A stretch of DNA of 62,761 nt, filler included, from Pirum gemmata (lineage: Eukaryota): the NCBI GenBank assembly GCA_002812295.1. It is 16 parts of 16 records of this genome, joined end to end, with 100 filler letters (N's around TTAATTAATTAA, not from the genome) between each part and the next. Parts side by side here need not be neighbours in the genome. Positions count along the whole stretch, not along the records: positions 1 to 3,483 come from PDIN01002517.1; positions 3,584 to 7,036 come from PDIN01002518.1; positions 7,137 to 10,618 come from PDIN01002519.1; positions 10,719 to 14,152 come from PDIN01002520.1; 12 more parts are not named here. One strand, 5' to 3'. The notes beneath the pieces were generated by a model. It was not told the origin of the DNA and ran no database searches. It was given only the letters and a program-made list of their open reading frames with translations. Made by a program: the position numbers and the translations under genes. Positions 1-11,876 of the stretch are shown here, piece after piece (position 1 is the first letter of the stretch; each line of letters starts with the position of its first letter).

Positions 1-770
1 TAATATATAATATATATAGACATAAAATTAGTATATTACACTTTAGTATATGTATTATGAGGCACCCCTATATACTATAATATAATAATATAATAATATA
101 ATATAATACAATAATACAATAATACAATACTATAATATAATAATACTAATGTAATAATGTAATAATGTACCATACTAACGCGTTGAACTATAGTTTCCAA
201 GTTAAACAATAACAATAACAAACAATTCTAATAGCTAATGCTAATAACAATAACAAACAATGCTAATTGCTAATACTAATATCAATAACAGCTAATAACA
301 ATAACAATAACAAACAACGCTAATTGCTAATGCTAATGCTAATTGCTAATGCTAATAACAACAATAAAGACCAGTGGCAATTAAATATTAAGTTCAATTT
401 TTTTGTTTTTTTTTTCGTCTCGAAAATGTTTATTTTTGAGTTCGAATAATTAATTAATGATTAGGCTTGAATTTAATATTTTTTATCGAACACAAAAAAC
501 TGTGGCAAATTTTTTTTTGGTTTTGGGGTTTTGGTTTTGGGGTTTTTGGTTTTTTTTTTTATTCGGGCGACTAATTGTTAATATGATCGGTTCGTTTTTT
601 GCGATTTCGAAGTCAAGTCGAACAGGAAATACCGGAATTATCACCATAATCACCGGAACCGGAATTATCGCCGGAACCATCACCGGAATTATCACTAGAA
701 AAAAAAATAAAAAAAAAGTGTATGCTGGTAGTAGACAGAAAAAAACAAAAAATCTAGTTGCCAATTAATT

Positions 771-3247
771 TTATTGTTGTTTCAACCAGTCCCAATGATT
801 AGAAATGTTAATATCCGAGCCTAAACATTTAATCACTTCTTCTCTAATTTTCCTTCTTACTTCCGCTTCAGCAATGATTTTAATATGCAAATCCCAATAA
901 TCTTTAGTTTTTAAACTTTTAGAATAATTTTGACCAATTTGTATTCCGTCTGCACTGGCGAAAAAGGGATCATTATCATTCGTTAATCGTTTTTTAACGC
1001 TACAAGTTCTTACATGTTTATGGTTCTCAGAGTCATTATAGTTTTCAGTTTGACAATAAGCACAAAAATAGCAACTGCACGTACTACATTTCAAAGCTGC
1101 ACAGCCATCAAAATCAAAAAAAGCATGCCCATACTTTGGACATTTTAAAGTCAATAATTCATCTTGAATATAATGAACATGTCTGGAAACAATCAAATCA
1201 AGTAACCCTTTTTCCAAATCTTTTTTTAATTTTGCCTTGTACTCTTCCTCCATTTCTTTCTGTAGCCGTTGTTTAACGTGTCGCTCCAAAGCATTTCGAT
1301 AAGCTTCAAATGTTTCGGGTTCCCAGAATCGCACATAACCCCCTTCTAAAGGTTGAAGGGGTGGATTATTGCAACTTGGAATCCAACACGGTATTCTGCC
1401 TTGCGTATTTTGAATTCTGCCATCTTCACCTTGTTCTAATAAAGTTCGCGTATATGGATTAATACAATGCATACAAATAAAATGTCGTTCGTGATTGTCA
1501 TTATTCTGCCTTCTCGGACAACACCAGATTCCTTGTGATGGGAGATAGGAATCAAAACAGTTTTGACATAACTGTAATGTTTCTTTGTTGGCTTGTAAAT
1601 CCAAAAATGAATGTGTCAAGGCTTGAGAAGCTGAAGTTCGGTGACTAGGGTTTGTAGCTGCAAATAAATTGATAAACTTTTCACTTTCCTCTTTTTGTTG
1701 TGTACTCATTTCCACACCTTTTAACAAATCATCAACCAAAACACCGAAGGCATACAGGTCAGTTTTTTCGTTACAACGTATAGTCATCATATTACCCTCT
1801 CGGATGGCTTGGACTAACTCTGGGGCAATATAGCGAAATGTGGCAATTGGCAATGTTTGTGTCACATTAGTATTGATTTCTTTAGCATCATCAAAATCGC
1901 CAATGATAGGTTGTAAATTATCGTTCAGTAAAATGTTTTGTGGTTTTATATCACAATGAACAATGCCCTTTTGGTGCAAATGATCCAATCCTTGTAAAGT
2001 ACCGCTAATCATTGGATAACAAACAGTCATCAAACGTGTATGGGCTGGGTGATCACTGATCCATTTCCCCATATCCCCATTTTTATAATAAGGCATGATC
2101 ATGCATAAAGAGTTACTTACTCCATTTTTCATGCCTTCAAAACCAGCCACAATGTTGATAATGTTGGGGTGTTTCAAATCTTTTAGAAGATAACATTGAC
2201 GATAGAATCTTCGTTTGTTCTTTTGAATCTGTTCTTCTTCCAAACTAAGATTTCTAATAGCTTTTTGTTTTAAGCAATATTTTTGTTTTTGACCACCAAA
2301 ATATCCACTCTCAATAACGTAAACGTTTTTCTGAGCATTAGCCATAGACAAAGTTTGTAATGGTTTTACTACATTTTCTTCTTCCAATGAGCCATAGTAA
2401 ATACCTAGTAAACTGCAATTTCTCAAATAGTGATTTAAATCTTTACTAACACCATTTTTAGACTTTTCGTTTACCCCTAGTCCCACATTTTGTAAAAATT
2501 CTTTATCTAACAACTTTTCAGGCAAAAATTTCTTTACGTTATTAAGTAAAACAGTACGACCACTCACAAATTTTGACATTGTTTTTGCATTGGTGGCGTT
2601 TACATCATCTTTTTCTTCTTTTTTAGATTGTAAAGATCCTAGTTTTATCTCTAATTCTTTGATATTTTGCCTCACGGGTTTCGATAAAGTTTCATTACTA
2701 ACAAAAAGTGGTAGAGACAACGTAGCGTACAAATCTGCTATATCCTTCTCTAAATGCTTTTTATCGTCTTGTGTTTTTGTCAACTGCCGTATACTTTCAT
2801 ATTGCTCTTGAAAACCATTGTTACAAAAAGATTGGTACTCAATCAAATAATTAATAATGTGGCATAATTTTTCTAAATGAATTTTGGCATTTTTCCATTT
2901 TTCTAATTCCCCAGATAAAGAAGAACCAAAAACTTTGTCTTTTGATGAGTTCAACAAATTATTAAATTCATTTTTTGAGTTAAAAAAGGTGACTTGTGTG
3001 TGGTCTTCGGCTAGCAATGCTTGGTTCAACGTTTCTACACATTTATCTGCATCCAAAGGTGTGGTAAAAGTTTTAATAAACGCTTTCATGCTTGGCCCTG
3101 TAGCCGATATCAATGCATTATTTGTTACCTCTTGCGCATTGGCTAGTGAAGTAAAAAAAGACTCTATACTGCCAAAACTGGATTTAAGAGATTGAATTTC
3201 ATTTTCGATTTCATTGAATTTGGATTTGATCGACAGAGAGTCATTAC
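771..3247 (-). CDS. Terminal exon (5'-partial gene) of an atypical Ser/Thr protein kinase fused to a C-terminal RING and an Rcat/RING2-like zinc finger (RBR-type E3 ligase-like)
   Basis: The frame stays open upstream of the annotated TTG to a TAG acceptor at 3250-3248. Kinase motifs: LKHPNII, HCDIKPQNILL, GDFD, YIAPE, DLYAFG. RING-like CQNC...HFICMHC...CWIPSC. Rcat-like CPKY...DGCAALKCSTCSCYFCAYC...H..H...C. The N-terminal region is coiled-coil-like. Confidence 0.85.
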
Positions 3248-3483
3248 CTATTTATTATTAAAATATTATAATTATTATTATTATTATTAACAAGTAATGA
3301 TGATAGTATAACAATTAATAATAATAAAATACTATTAATATCAATTAATAACAATTGCAATGAAAACTTCTAATGTTCTACTGATTAATTAAAATGATAA
3401 ATAATGGTAGTATAACAATTTATTATCAGATTTAATATTAAAAAAAAACAGTATAATAATAATAATAATTATAATATTTTAAT

Positions 3484-3583
3484 NNNNNNNNNNNNNNNNN
3501 NNNNNNNNNNNNNNNNNNNNNNNNNNNTTAATTAATTAANNNNNNNNNNNNNNNNNNNNNNNNNNNNNNNNNNNNNNNNNNNN
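3484..3583. other. Artificial scaffold linker (44 N + TTAATTAATTAA + 44 N); 15 copies in the window
   Basis: The same 100-bp linker with a six-frame stop 12-mer starts at about 3484, 7037, 10619, 14153, 17711, 21264, 26012, 31828, 36366, 39913, 43444, 48555, 52115, 55669 and 59187. Confidence 0.97.
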
Positions 3584-3837
3584 CAACAACAACAACAACA
3601 ACAACAACAACAACGTAACAACAACAATAATAATAATATTAATAATAATAATAATAATTAATAATAATAACGACAACAACAGAATTGGTTAATTAAAAGA
3701 AAAATAACAACAACCACAACAACAACACAATACAATCAATCAATTGGTTAATTAAAAGAACAATTTATGAATGTATGAGTATAACCCGGCCCCATAGTTA
3801 AATATAGTTACCAGCTGTTACATCAACTATTATTATA

Positions 3838-4850
3838 AACCCAACCCCAACCCCAACCCCAACCCTAACCCTAACCGTAACCGTAACCGTAACCTCACCT
3901 GACCCTAACTATATTATCCATTATCCATTATAACCTTAAATCCCCTAACCCTAACCCTAATGTAATAACCCTAACCTAATAATATATGTCATAGCTAACT
4001 CTAACTACGTATACTCCTCATTGTGTAGTCATCAAACTTATCCTAACTTTAACACTAACACTAACCCTAACCCTAACCCCAACCGCAACCTTAATCCTAA
4101 TCCCAATATTACCAACCCAACCCCAACCCCAAATTTAAACCTAACCTTATACTCTCTAACCCTAACCCTTACACTAACTCTAGATTTGATTAACTCAAAC
4201 TCAAACTCAAATTCTAACTCTAACCTCAACCAGCCCTAACCCCAGCTCCAACCCCAACACTAACATTAATCCTAACCCCAACCCGAACACTGACCCTAAC
4301 ACTAAACCCAACTCCAACCTTAACCTTAACCTTAAAACCTTAACTCTTAGCCCTAAGCTTCACCACGTCCTAAAATTTTCCTAACCGTAACCCTAACCCT
4401 AATTACCCTAACTTTCTTAACCTGTAACCTAATTATACAATTCCCTGAAAGAAATCAAATGAACTTTCCACAGCAAACTTTTTTTTGAAAAAAACATGTA
4501 CACCTAGCTGGATAAAAATGACTTGTGAGCAAATACAAGTACTACCAAAATTTGGGAAATCATCTAACTAAGCAATTCTTTGACTAGTTAATTAACATTA
4601 AAAGTTTTTAGAAAAGAATTCTAAAAAAAATGATTTCTGCAGTTTTATCCGAAAAAAATATATTTTACTGATTTATTTTAAAAATTTACTAACTGATTTA
4701 CTAACCCTCACTAACCCTAACACTGACCCTAACACTAACCCTAACACTAACCCTAATATTAACCGTGACACTAACCCTAACACTAACAGCTCATTAACCC
4801 TAACCCTAACCCTAGCCCTAACACTAAAACCTTAAACCCTATAGCCTGCC
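3838..4850 (+). repeat. Degenerate interstitial telomere-like (CCCTAA)n region with CCCCAA, CCGTAA and CACTAA variants
   Basis: Many CCCTAA hexamers and single-base variants, interrupted by other sequence at about 4440-4700. Confidence 0.85.
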
Positions 4851-4905
4851 TAACCATAACTTTAGTTAGAGGTTGAAATTGGGGCTAATATTAATGTAGT
4901 ATTAA

Positions 4906-5132
4906 TAGGGGTGAAATATCTACTGGAACTTTTTTCGAACAGATGCTTATCGAGCCAACCTTAGTTCCGTGTTCTTTACTAATAATAGCAGTTAAATAGC
5001 TGAAAATGGTAAATCTAATTATAGTAAATACCAATTAAAGTAATTATATTAACATTAATAGTAATAAAACAATAAAATCCGAAAAGTTCCGTCAGCTGTT
5101 CGTAATAATGAAATGACGTCATCTCACCCCTA
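4906..5132 (+). mobile_element. MITE family A, full copy (about 225 bp)
   Basis: TIR TAGGGGTGAAAT...ATCTCACCCCTA. Near-identical copies at 17134-17297, 24606-24826 and 48020-48213 on different scaffolds. Confidence 0.85.
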
Positions 5133-5219
5133 CTGCTTATGTACATGTCTGGTTCATATTGGATGGGGTGGACTGTATACTACTAGTAGTAAAAAATCTG
5201 AAGATGGAAAAATCTGAAC

Positions 5220-5427
5220 ATGGAAATGAATCTAGAAGGGTTTTTTAGTCAACTAAGATATCTAGATTGTTATTTTAAACTCTTCAATCGACATCTAGAT
5301 ACACCTTTTTTTTTTTGAGCAAAATAAAAGATCAAAAAAAATATCGATTCAAACGATGGTTTTAAAGACTAAAAATACCAATCTAGATGCCTTAGTTGAC
5401 AAAATACCCTTCTAGATTCAATTCCAT
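5220..5427. repeat. Long imperfect inverted repeat (foldback, arms about 65 bp)
   Basis: ATGGAAATGAATCTAGAAGGG...GTCAACTAAGATATCTAGATTG pairs with CAATCTAGATGCCTTAGTTGAC...CCCTTCTAGATTCAATTCCAT. Confidence 0.8.
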
Positions 5428-5452
5428 ATCAAGATTTTTTACTGGTATTTTA

Positions 5453-5721
5453 ATAGTGTTTTTCAATAATGTTTCCAGTTCAAAAACTGAAGTAAACGTA
5501 TAGGAAAAATAGAAAAAAAATAATAAAATTACAATTAATTTTTTTGAAAAAAAAAAGAATAATTGCCACCAAATTTTTATTATGATTAAACTATCAGACA
5601 TGTTTTAACTAATTGGCTATTTTATATGTTATGTTTTATTTTATAAACAAGTCCAATTACACACTTAAACAGTACCAAATAATTAAAGATTGAGAGGAAA
5701 ACTGTAATGAAATAAACGATA
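5453..5721 (+). mobile_element. MITE family B copy
   Basis: Matches the consensus ...CAGTTCAAAAACTGAAATAAACG...AAACTATCAGACATG...CAGTACCAAATTAAAGATTGAGAGGACAACTGTAATGAAATAGACGATA seen at many other positions. Confidence 0.75.
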
Positions 5722-5879
5722 TATTAATTAATAACTTGCAATTGTATTAATATGTATTCCGTGGTCAACGTCTTGTGCATTATTATTAGTATAATATTAT
5801 TTAGAACTAGATAATTCGTTAGTTTTATGTATACATATAATATCGTAAAACTTTTTCATACAGTAAACAATTGTATTGA

Positions 5880-6600
5880 TAATTTTAATGATAATAATAA
5901 TGATAATAATAGTAATAATAATAATAATTATAATTATAATGTTCAATGATAATGACAATGATAATGGTAATAATAATATATGATAATGATAATGATAATT
6001 ATAAATGATAATGATAATGCTAATGATAATGATAATGATAATAATAACGATAATGGTCATGGTAACGATAGCGATAACTATAATGATAACGACAATGATA
6101 ATGATAGTGATTAATGATAATGATAATGACACTGACACTGATACTGATACTGATGATAATGATAATGATAATGATATGTAATGATAAAGATAGTGATAAT
6201 ACTAATGATATGATAATAATGATAATATAATGATAATGATAATGATATGATAATAATGATAATATAATGATAATGATAATGATAATGATAATATAATGAT
6301 AATGATAATGATAATGATAATGATAATGATGATAATAATGATAATGATAAAAATAGCGATAATGATAATAATAATAATAATAATATAATAATAATAATGA
6401 TGATAATGATATCGATAATGATATAAGTATTAATTTAAATTAAACTGACACTGTTATAATAACGCTAATTATAATTATTATTATAATAAAATATGATAAG
6501 GATAATGATAATGATAATGATAATGATAATGCTAATTATAATGATAATGACAATAACATAACGATAATGTCAATGATAGTGAGATATGAAAATAACAATG

Positions 6601-6631
<31 letters not shown>

Positions 6632-6672
6632 CTATGATAATGATAATGATAATGATAATGATATTAATAATG

Positions 6673-6707
<35 letters not shown>

Positions 6708-6760
6708 GATAAGGATAATGATAATGATAATAATGCTGACAATAATAATAATATTAGTAA
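5880..6760. repeat. (GATAAT)n/(AAT)n microsatellite tract
   Basis: Long runs of ATGATA and AAT units; the source of the poly-IM and poly-ND ORFs. Confidence 0.9.
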
Positions 6761-6845
6761 TAATATATACTGTTATTTGTAATGAGGATCAAAAACCAAC
6801 TACCAATATTAATTGGAACAGTACTCGTAGTGTACTGTGGCGTAC

Positions 6846-7011
6846 CTAACCCTAACTCAAATCCTAACATCCCTAACCCTAATCCTAATCCAACCCTAAC
6901 CCTAACCCTAACCCTAAAACCCTAACCCTAACCCTAACCCTAACCCTAACCCTAACCCTAATCCTACTAACCCTACCCTAACCCTAACCCTAACCCTAAC
7001 CCTAACCCTAA
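6846..7011 (+). repeat. Telomere-like (CCCTAA)n array
   Basis: More than 20 near-perfect CCCTAA units. Confidence 0.9.
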
Positions 7012-7904
7012 TTAATATTATAACTACTCTTCATTGNNNNNNNNNNNNNNNNNNNNNNNNNNNNNNNNNNNNNNNNNNNNTTAATTAATTAANNNNNNNN
7101 NNNNNNNNNNNNNNNNNNNNNNNNNNNNNNNNNNNNTAATATATAATTATTTAATACACAAAAAATGTATACTTGTTCATCAAATTATCCATATTAAAAG
7201 TTCAGCGTACTCTAGCTCAATATAATAGTTTTGTCTAATTCAAAAACTGAACTAAACGCACCCAATCACATTTACAGCAAAACTATCAGGTACGTTTCAA
7301 TTAATTTGTTAATTTATAACTAATTTTATACTATATACACTACCAGAATAAAGGTCGGGAGGGCAACCGAAATGAAATAAATGATATATGAAAACAACTG
7401 AAAAATAGTCAAATAAATGATATAAAAATTATTATAACTAATAATAAAATACTCTTATTTTTTGCATTACAAGTATATTTGTATTTTTAATTTTATTTTC
7501 ATTTATATTCATATTATTTATTCGACTCTTCTTTCAGTTATTTTAAATTTTTACGATTTTGAGTTTAATTAAGGTTCAGTTACCCTTTGTAACAGTAATG
7601 AAAAGAAAGTTCTGTAATCGAAAAATGGATTGAAAAAGAAAAAGAAAAAGGGTAACACAATTTTAAAAGTGAAAATTTGCAAACAAAAAAAAATTAAGTG
7701 GTAACTTTATTCTATTACCATTGTTATCCTTTCTTTAACCTGTTGCTGTTAGTTAAGGTCATAGTTGATTAAATAATAATAATAATAATAAAGTTAACCC
7801 TTCTTTACTTTACTTTGGTCAGTTTTTTTATATTTAAGGAACAAAATAAACATGCTATGCGAAGGTCAACAGATACTCATAGAGCAAAATTATTTAACCA
7901 AAAC

Positions 7905-8026
7905 ACTAACCCTAACCCCTAACCCTAACCCTTGTACTAACCCTAACCCTAACCCTTACCCTTACCCTGACCCCTAGCCCCTAGCCCTAACCTCTAACCC
8001 TAACCCTAACCCTAACCCCTAACCCT
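7905..8026 (+). repeat. Interstitial (CCCTAA)n array just 3' of the gene at 8055-9107
   Basis: CCCTAA units with variants, about 30 bp beyond the stop codon. Confidence 0.85.
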
Positions 8027-8054
8027 ACGCATATCCCAAATCGTATCCCTAACT

Positions 8055-8736
8055 TTAACGACGGCCAAAACGACGACTAGCTTTACCAACACCCACAGCA
8101 TGGCGATCGTTAAAACCACGTTTAATATTTTTTCTATTCAACAAACGGTCTTTTAAAGCTAACATCGATGGCTCTAGCTTAGTTTTTTTCTCCTTCATAG
8201 CAACCACTACTTTAAAAGGTACATCTTCATCATCACTATCATCAGCATTGAAATGTTTATGAATGCCTTTCTCGCACTTCTTCGTATTTCTGATACTTTT
8301 TGCAATACTTTTCATTATAGCTTCATCATTATCATCCTCATCCTCATCAAGCTCATCCATAGCCTCTAAAATACTATTATCCAAAGCAGCAACTTTACGT
8401 TTTTTGTTTTCTTTTTCTTTTTTGTTTTCCATCTGCAAGGCTGTTCTTTTTTGTTTCAATGCTTTTTTCTCTTGTCGTTGTTGTTCCATTAACAAATTTT
8501 CTTTTTCTTTTTCTTTTTCCTTTTCTTGTTTAAATGAAAGTGCAACGGGAACATCATCTTCACTATCACTAGAATCAATGTCATCATCATTTTTTACTTC
8601 ACTGACAACTTTAATACTTGTATCATTCATGCTTAATTCTAAATCACGTTTATTTACTTTTACAATAGGTTCGTCATCGTCACTGTCTTCAAAAAGTATT
8701 TTTGAAGAGTTATTATTTTTATTTGTATTATTATTA

Positions 8737-8768
<32 letters not shown>

Positions 8769-8918
8769 GTTGTTATTTTTATTATTCGTTTTCTTTGATT
8801 TAGTGTTTGAATCTTCTAGTTCATTTTCTCCATTCACAACATCCTCATCCCCATCCTCATCCTCATCATTACCATCAACCTTATCATCATCATCATCATC
8901 ATCATCAACCTTATCATT

Positions 8919-8949
<31 letters not shown>

Positions 8950-9107
8950 ACCTGATTACCATTGCTATTCCTACCGCTAACTTTTGTTAGGGCCTCTTTG
9001 ACTGATAATTTTTTCTTTTTACTGTTTAAATTTTTATTGGTTATTGCTGTTGGGGTTTCAATTACATTTTCAGAAGCAGCTCTAACAGAGCGTCTGGTTG
9101 CTACCAT
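8055..9107 (-). CDS. Intronless 350-aa acidic/basic low-complexity protein, probably nucleolar (tentatively Bud21/NOL7-like U3-associated)
   Basis: Starts MVATRRS and has poly-D and poly-N tracts and NLS-like KKKK/KKRK. An SDSEDDVPVALSF motif followed by a charged helix resembles the 'DDEAPEEVSF + coiled coil' pattern of U3-associated proteins (recalled similarity, not searched). Basic C-terminus. Confidence 0.75.
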
Positions 9108-9223
9108 TTTTGATATTTATAGTATGTATGAATGTATATATTTATGTATACAATTTTAAAGTTATTATAAATAACTAATAATCTACAACAAAAATAGTAA
9201 TAGTAACAGCAATAACAATAATG

Positions 9224-9256
<33 letters not shown>

Positions 9257-10482
9257 GGTACACTTTTAAAAATAACAAAATATGATAAATATATACATTT
9301 TGAGTCTTTTGTCTTTTCTAAAGAGTATTTTATTTCAGATTTTATTTTTGTGTTTTTGTCTTTTTGGCATGATGTTTTTTTTTTTTGTCTGATAAGGCAA
9401 GCTAGGCAAGCCATGTGCACGGGTATTTTTATTCTTTTATGAAAATATTTTACTTATTTATACCCTTTAATTATATATAAAGGTTAGGTAGGCTACACAG
9501 AATATATTAGAATTATTTGTAATAATAATAATTTTATCCCCTTTATGTTTGAATTCGTTTTTTAGTGTTTTTTTGTTTTTTTTCATTTGTAAAATACAAT
9601 TTTCAGATTCGAAATAATATTAATTTTATTTTGCATCAATTATTATTTTACATACGCTAAGACTATTAAGTATAGTTTCAGTAATTTGGCAACGTTTTAC
9701 AATAATTATTGCAAGCTTCAAACTACCAAAAATTATTATTTTTTCGGTAGCTATAGACCTAAGACCTCTAGCCATAGACCTTGTCTACAGGACCTAGTCT
9801 GTAGCTACTAGCTAGTAGTCTAGTAGCTATCCAGATAGCTAGCTAGCTAGCTAGTAGCTATAGTAGCTAGGTAGGGTCTATTTCTCATCAAGATTTCTCA
9901 TGATTTCTCATGTCGATAATCGAATCAAGCTCCGATTTTGATTTTAATTTTTCTAAAGCGAAATAGGAGCCTGCGAAAAAAAAAATTCGTTGGTAGATTT
10001 TCGGCACAGGAATTTTATTGAAAACTTTGTGACAAAGAGAGTGACACTAGAGTGACTCATTAGCCTACTCTCTAGAGTCTAGACTAGCTCTAGCTAGTAG
10101 ACTGTCTACTCTTTAGAATACACCCTATGATAAATAATTATTATATAGCAGAATGGTCTAGCTAGCTAGGTAGAGGTATCATAGAATGAGCTGTAGAGTG
10201 GTACTACTACTTAGTAGTAGATGGGTCTATCTACACAAGAAATTTTGTTACGATAATAATGATAATAATATAATAATAAAGTAATAATATTATGATATAT
10301 TTTATATTATTTTTTAATGTAATAATACCTTTATTATTATATCGATATAATAGTGTTTTTATATTATTATTATTATTATTATTATTAAGTGCTAAACGTG
10401 GTGCTGAAGATGCTGGTGGAGTTACGAAAAAACCAACGTATGAATTCCATTATAACAGCCCTAAGTTTTAATCTTTAAACAA

Positions 10483-10607
10483 ACCCTAACCCCAAACCTA
10501 GCCCTGCCTAAGCCTAAGCCTAAGCCTGCCTAAGCCTGCCTAAGCCTGCCTAAGCCTAAGCCTAAGCCTAAGCCTAAGCCTAAGCCTAAGCCTTAGCCTA
10601 AGCCTAA
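10483..10607 (+). repeat. (CCTAAG)n telomere-variant microsatellite
   Basis: CCCTAA units grade into GCCTAA tandem units up to the scaffold end. Confidence 0.85.
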
Positions 10608-10808
10608 CAATATTAACANNNNNNNNNNNNNNNNNNNNNNNNNNNNNNNNNNNNNNNNNNNNTTAATTAATTAANNNNNNNNNNNNNNNNNNNNNNNNNN
10701 NNNNNNNNNNNNNNNNNNTAATGTATATTACATATAATATATAATATAATATATTACATAATATAGTAATTTTAATTAATATAAATAATTAATGTTACAA
10801 TTCGTTAC

Positions 10809-11097
10809 CTGCTAAATTTCGGCATTGGCGTTTCAAATTTTTATAACTACCACCATTACCATGAAAACCAATAACTGTTGGCAGTAATTGTTTAGTGACA
10901 TTAGGATAATATACGGCAAACTCAAGATAAGTATTTATACCATTGTCTTTTACATTTACAACTTCTCTTTCTAGGTATAACTTTTCAAAATATTCTCCTT
11001 CAACAACACCATCAACACAATTTTGCTCTTGTTGACCAGTTGTTAGAGTTGTTAATAACACCATTAACAAAGTAATGATGAAGGATTTAGAAAACAT
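10809..11097 (-). CDS. Exon 1 of a secreted alpha/beta-hydrolase (esterase/lipase-like); the rest lies beyond the scaffold end
   Basis: Signal peptide MFSKSFIITLLMVLLTTLTTG. AVYYP...LPTVIGFHGNGG...RNLA is a typical N-terminal strand and oxyanion-loop pattern. Donor CAG|GTAACG at 10808. Confidence 0.7.
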
Positions 11098-11121
11098 TTT
11101 AGCTTTTTTTTTATATAAATT

Positions 11122-11253
11122 TATATTGCTGACTGTTGTTGTTTTTTCTGTTTTTTTGTTTTTTTTTTTTCTTGCTTCATTTTATAAATTATTATTTATT
11201 CTTTTTTTTTTTACGTTATTGTTTTTTATAGTTACTAGTTTTATTTTTTTTTN

Positions 11254-11304
<51 letters not shown>

Positions 11305-11710
11305 AAAAAACAATCTAGGGAGAACTTTTTTATTGTTGATAAGTAATTATTTTTTTTATTTTATTCATATGATAAATTATATATAAAAAAGCAATAATAA
11401 TAAAAAACAACACCAATTATAAGGCCTCTTGCCATTTAATTAACAGGTTTACAAAAATAATAATTTTTCACTGGCCAAGCACTGACAAAGTGGCAATATT
11501 GCTGACTGTTGCTGTTTTTTCTGTTTTTTTGTTTTTTTTTCCTCTTGATTCATTAAAAACCAAAAAAATAAATAAATAAATAAAAAACAACCTAGGGAGA
11601 ACTTTTTTATTGTTGATAAGTTTTTATTTTATTCATATGATAAATTATATATATATACAAAAAGCAATAATAATAAAAAAGAACACCAATTATAAGGTCT
11701 CTTGCCATTT
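11122..11710. repeat. Local tandem duplication of the hydrolase upstream region
   Basis: ATATTGCTGACTGTTG...TTTTTCTG at about 11123 and 11497; CTAGGGAGAACTTTTTTATTGTTGATAAG...CTCTTGCCATTT at about 11315-11437 and 11592-11710. Confidence 0.85.
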
Positions 11711-11817
11711 ACCATTAACTTATACTAAAGTAATATGAAACAAATCAACTAATTACAACTTCAATTTAACTATAATTATAACTGTAACCTACTGCTCCTC
11801 CTTTTTTTTATAACATC

Positions 11818-11876
<59 letters not shown>

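Noticed and set aside
3528..3539. TTAATTAATTAA as a regularly spaced biological motif or CRISPR-like repeat
   Set aside because: Always flanked by 44 N on each side; it is a six-frame-stop assembly linker.
5797..6849. Poly-Ile, poly-IM and poly-ND ORFs
   Set aside because: Translations of (GATAAT)n/(AAT)n microsatellites.
8263..8955. 230-aa plus-strand ORF and similar shadow ORFs (19194-19592, 35414-35812, 42127-43210)
   Set aside because: Antisense shadows of well-supported genes.
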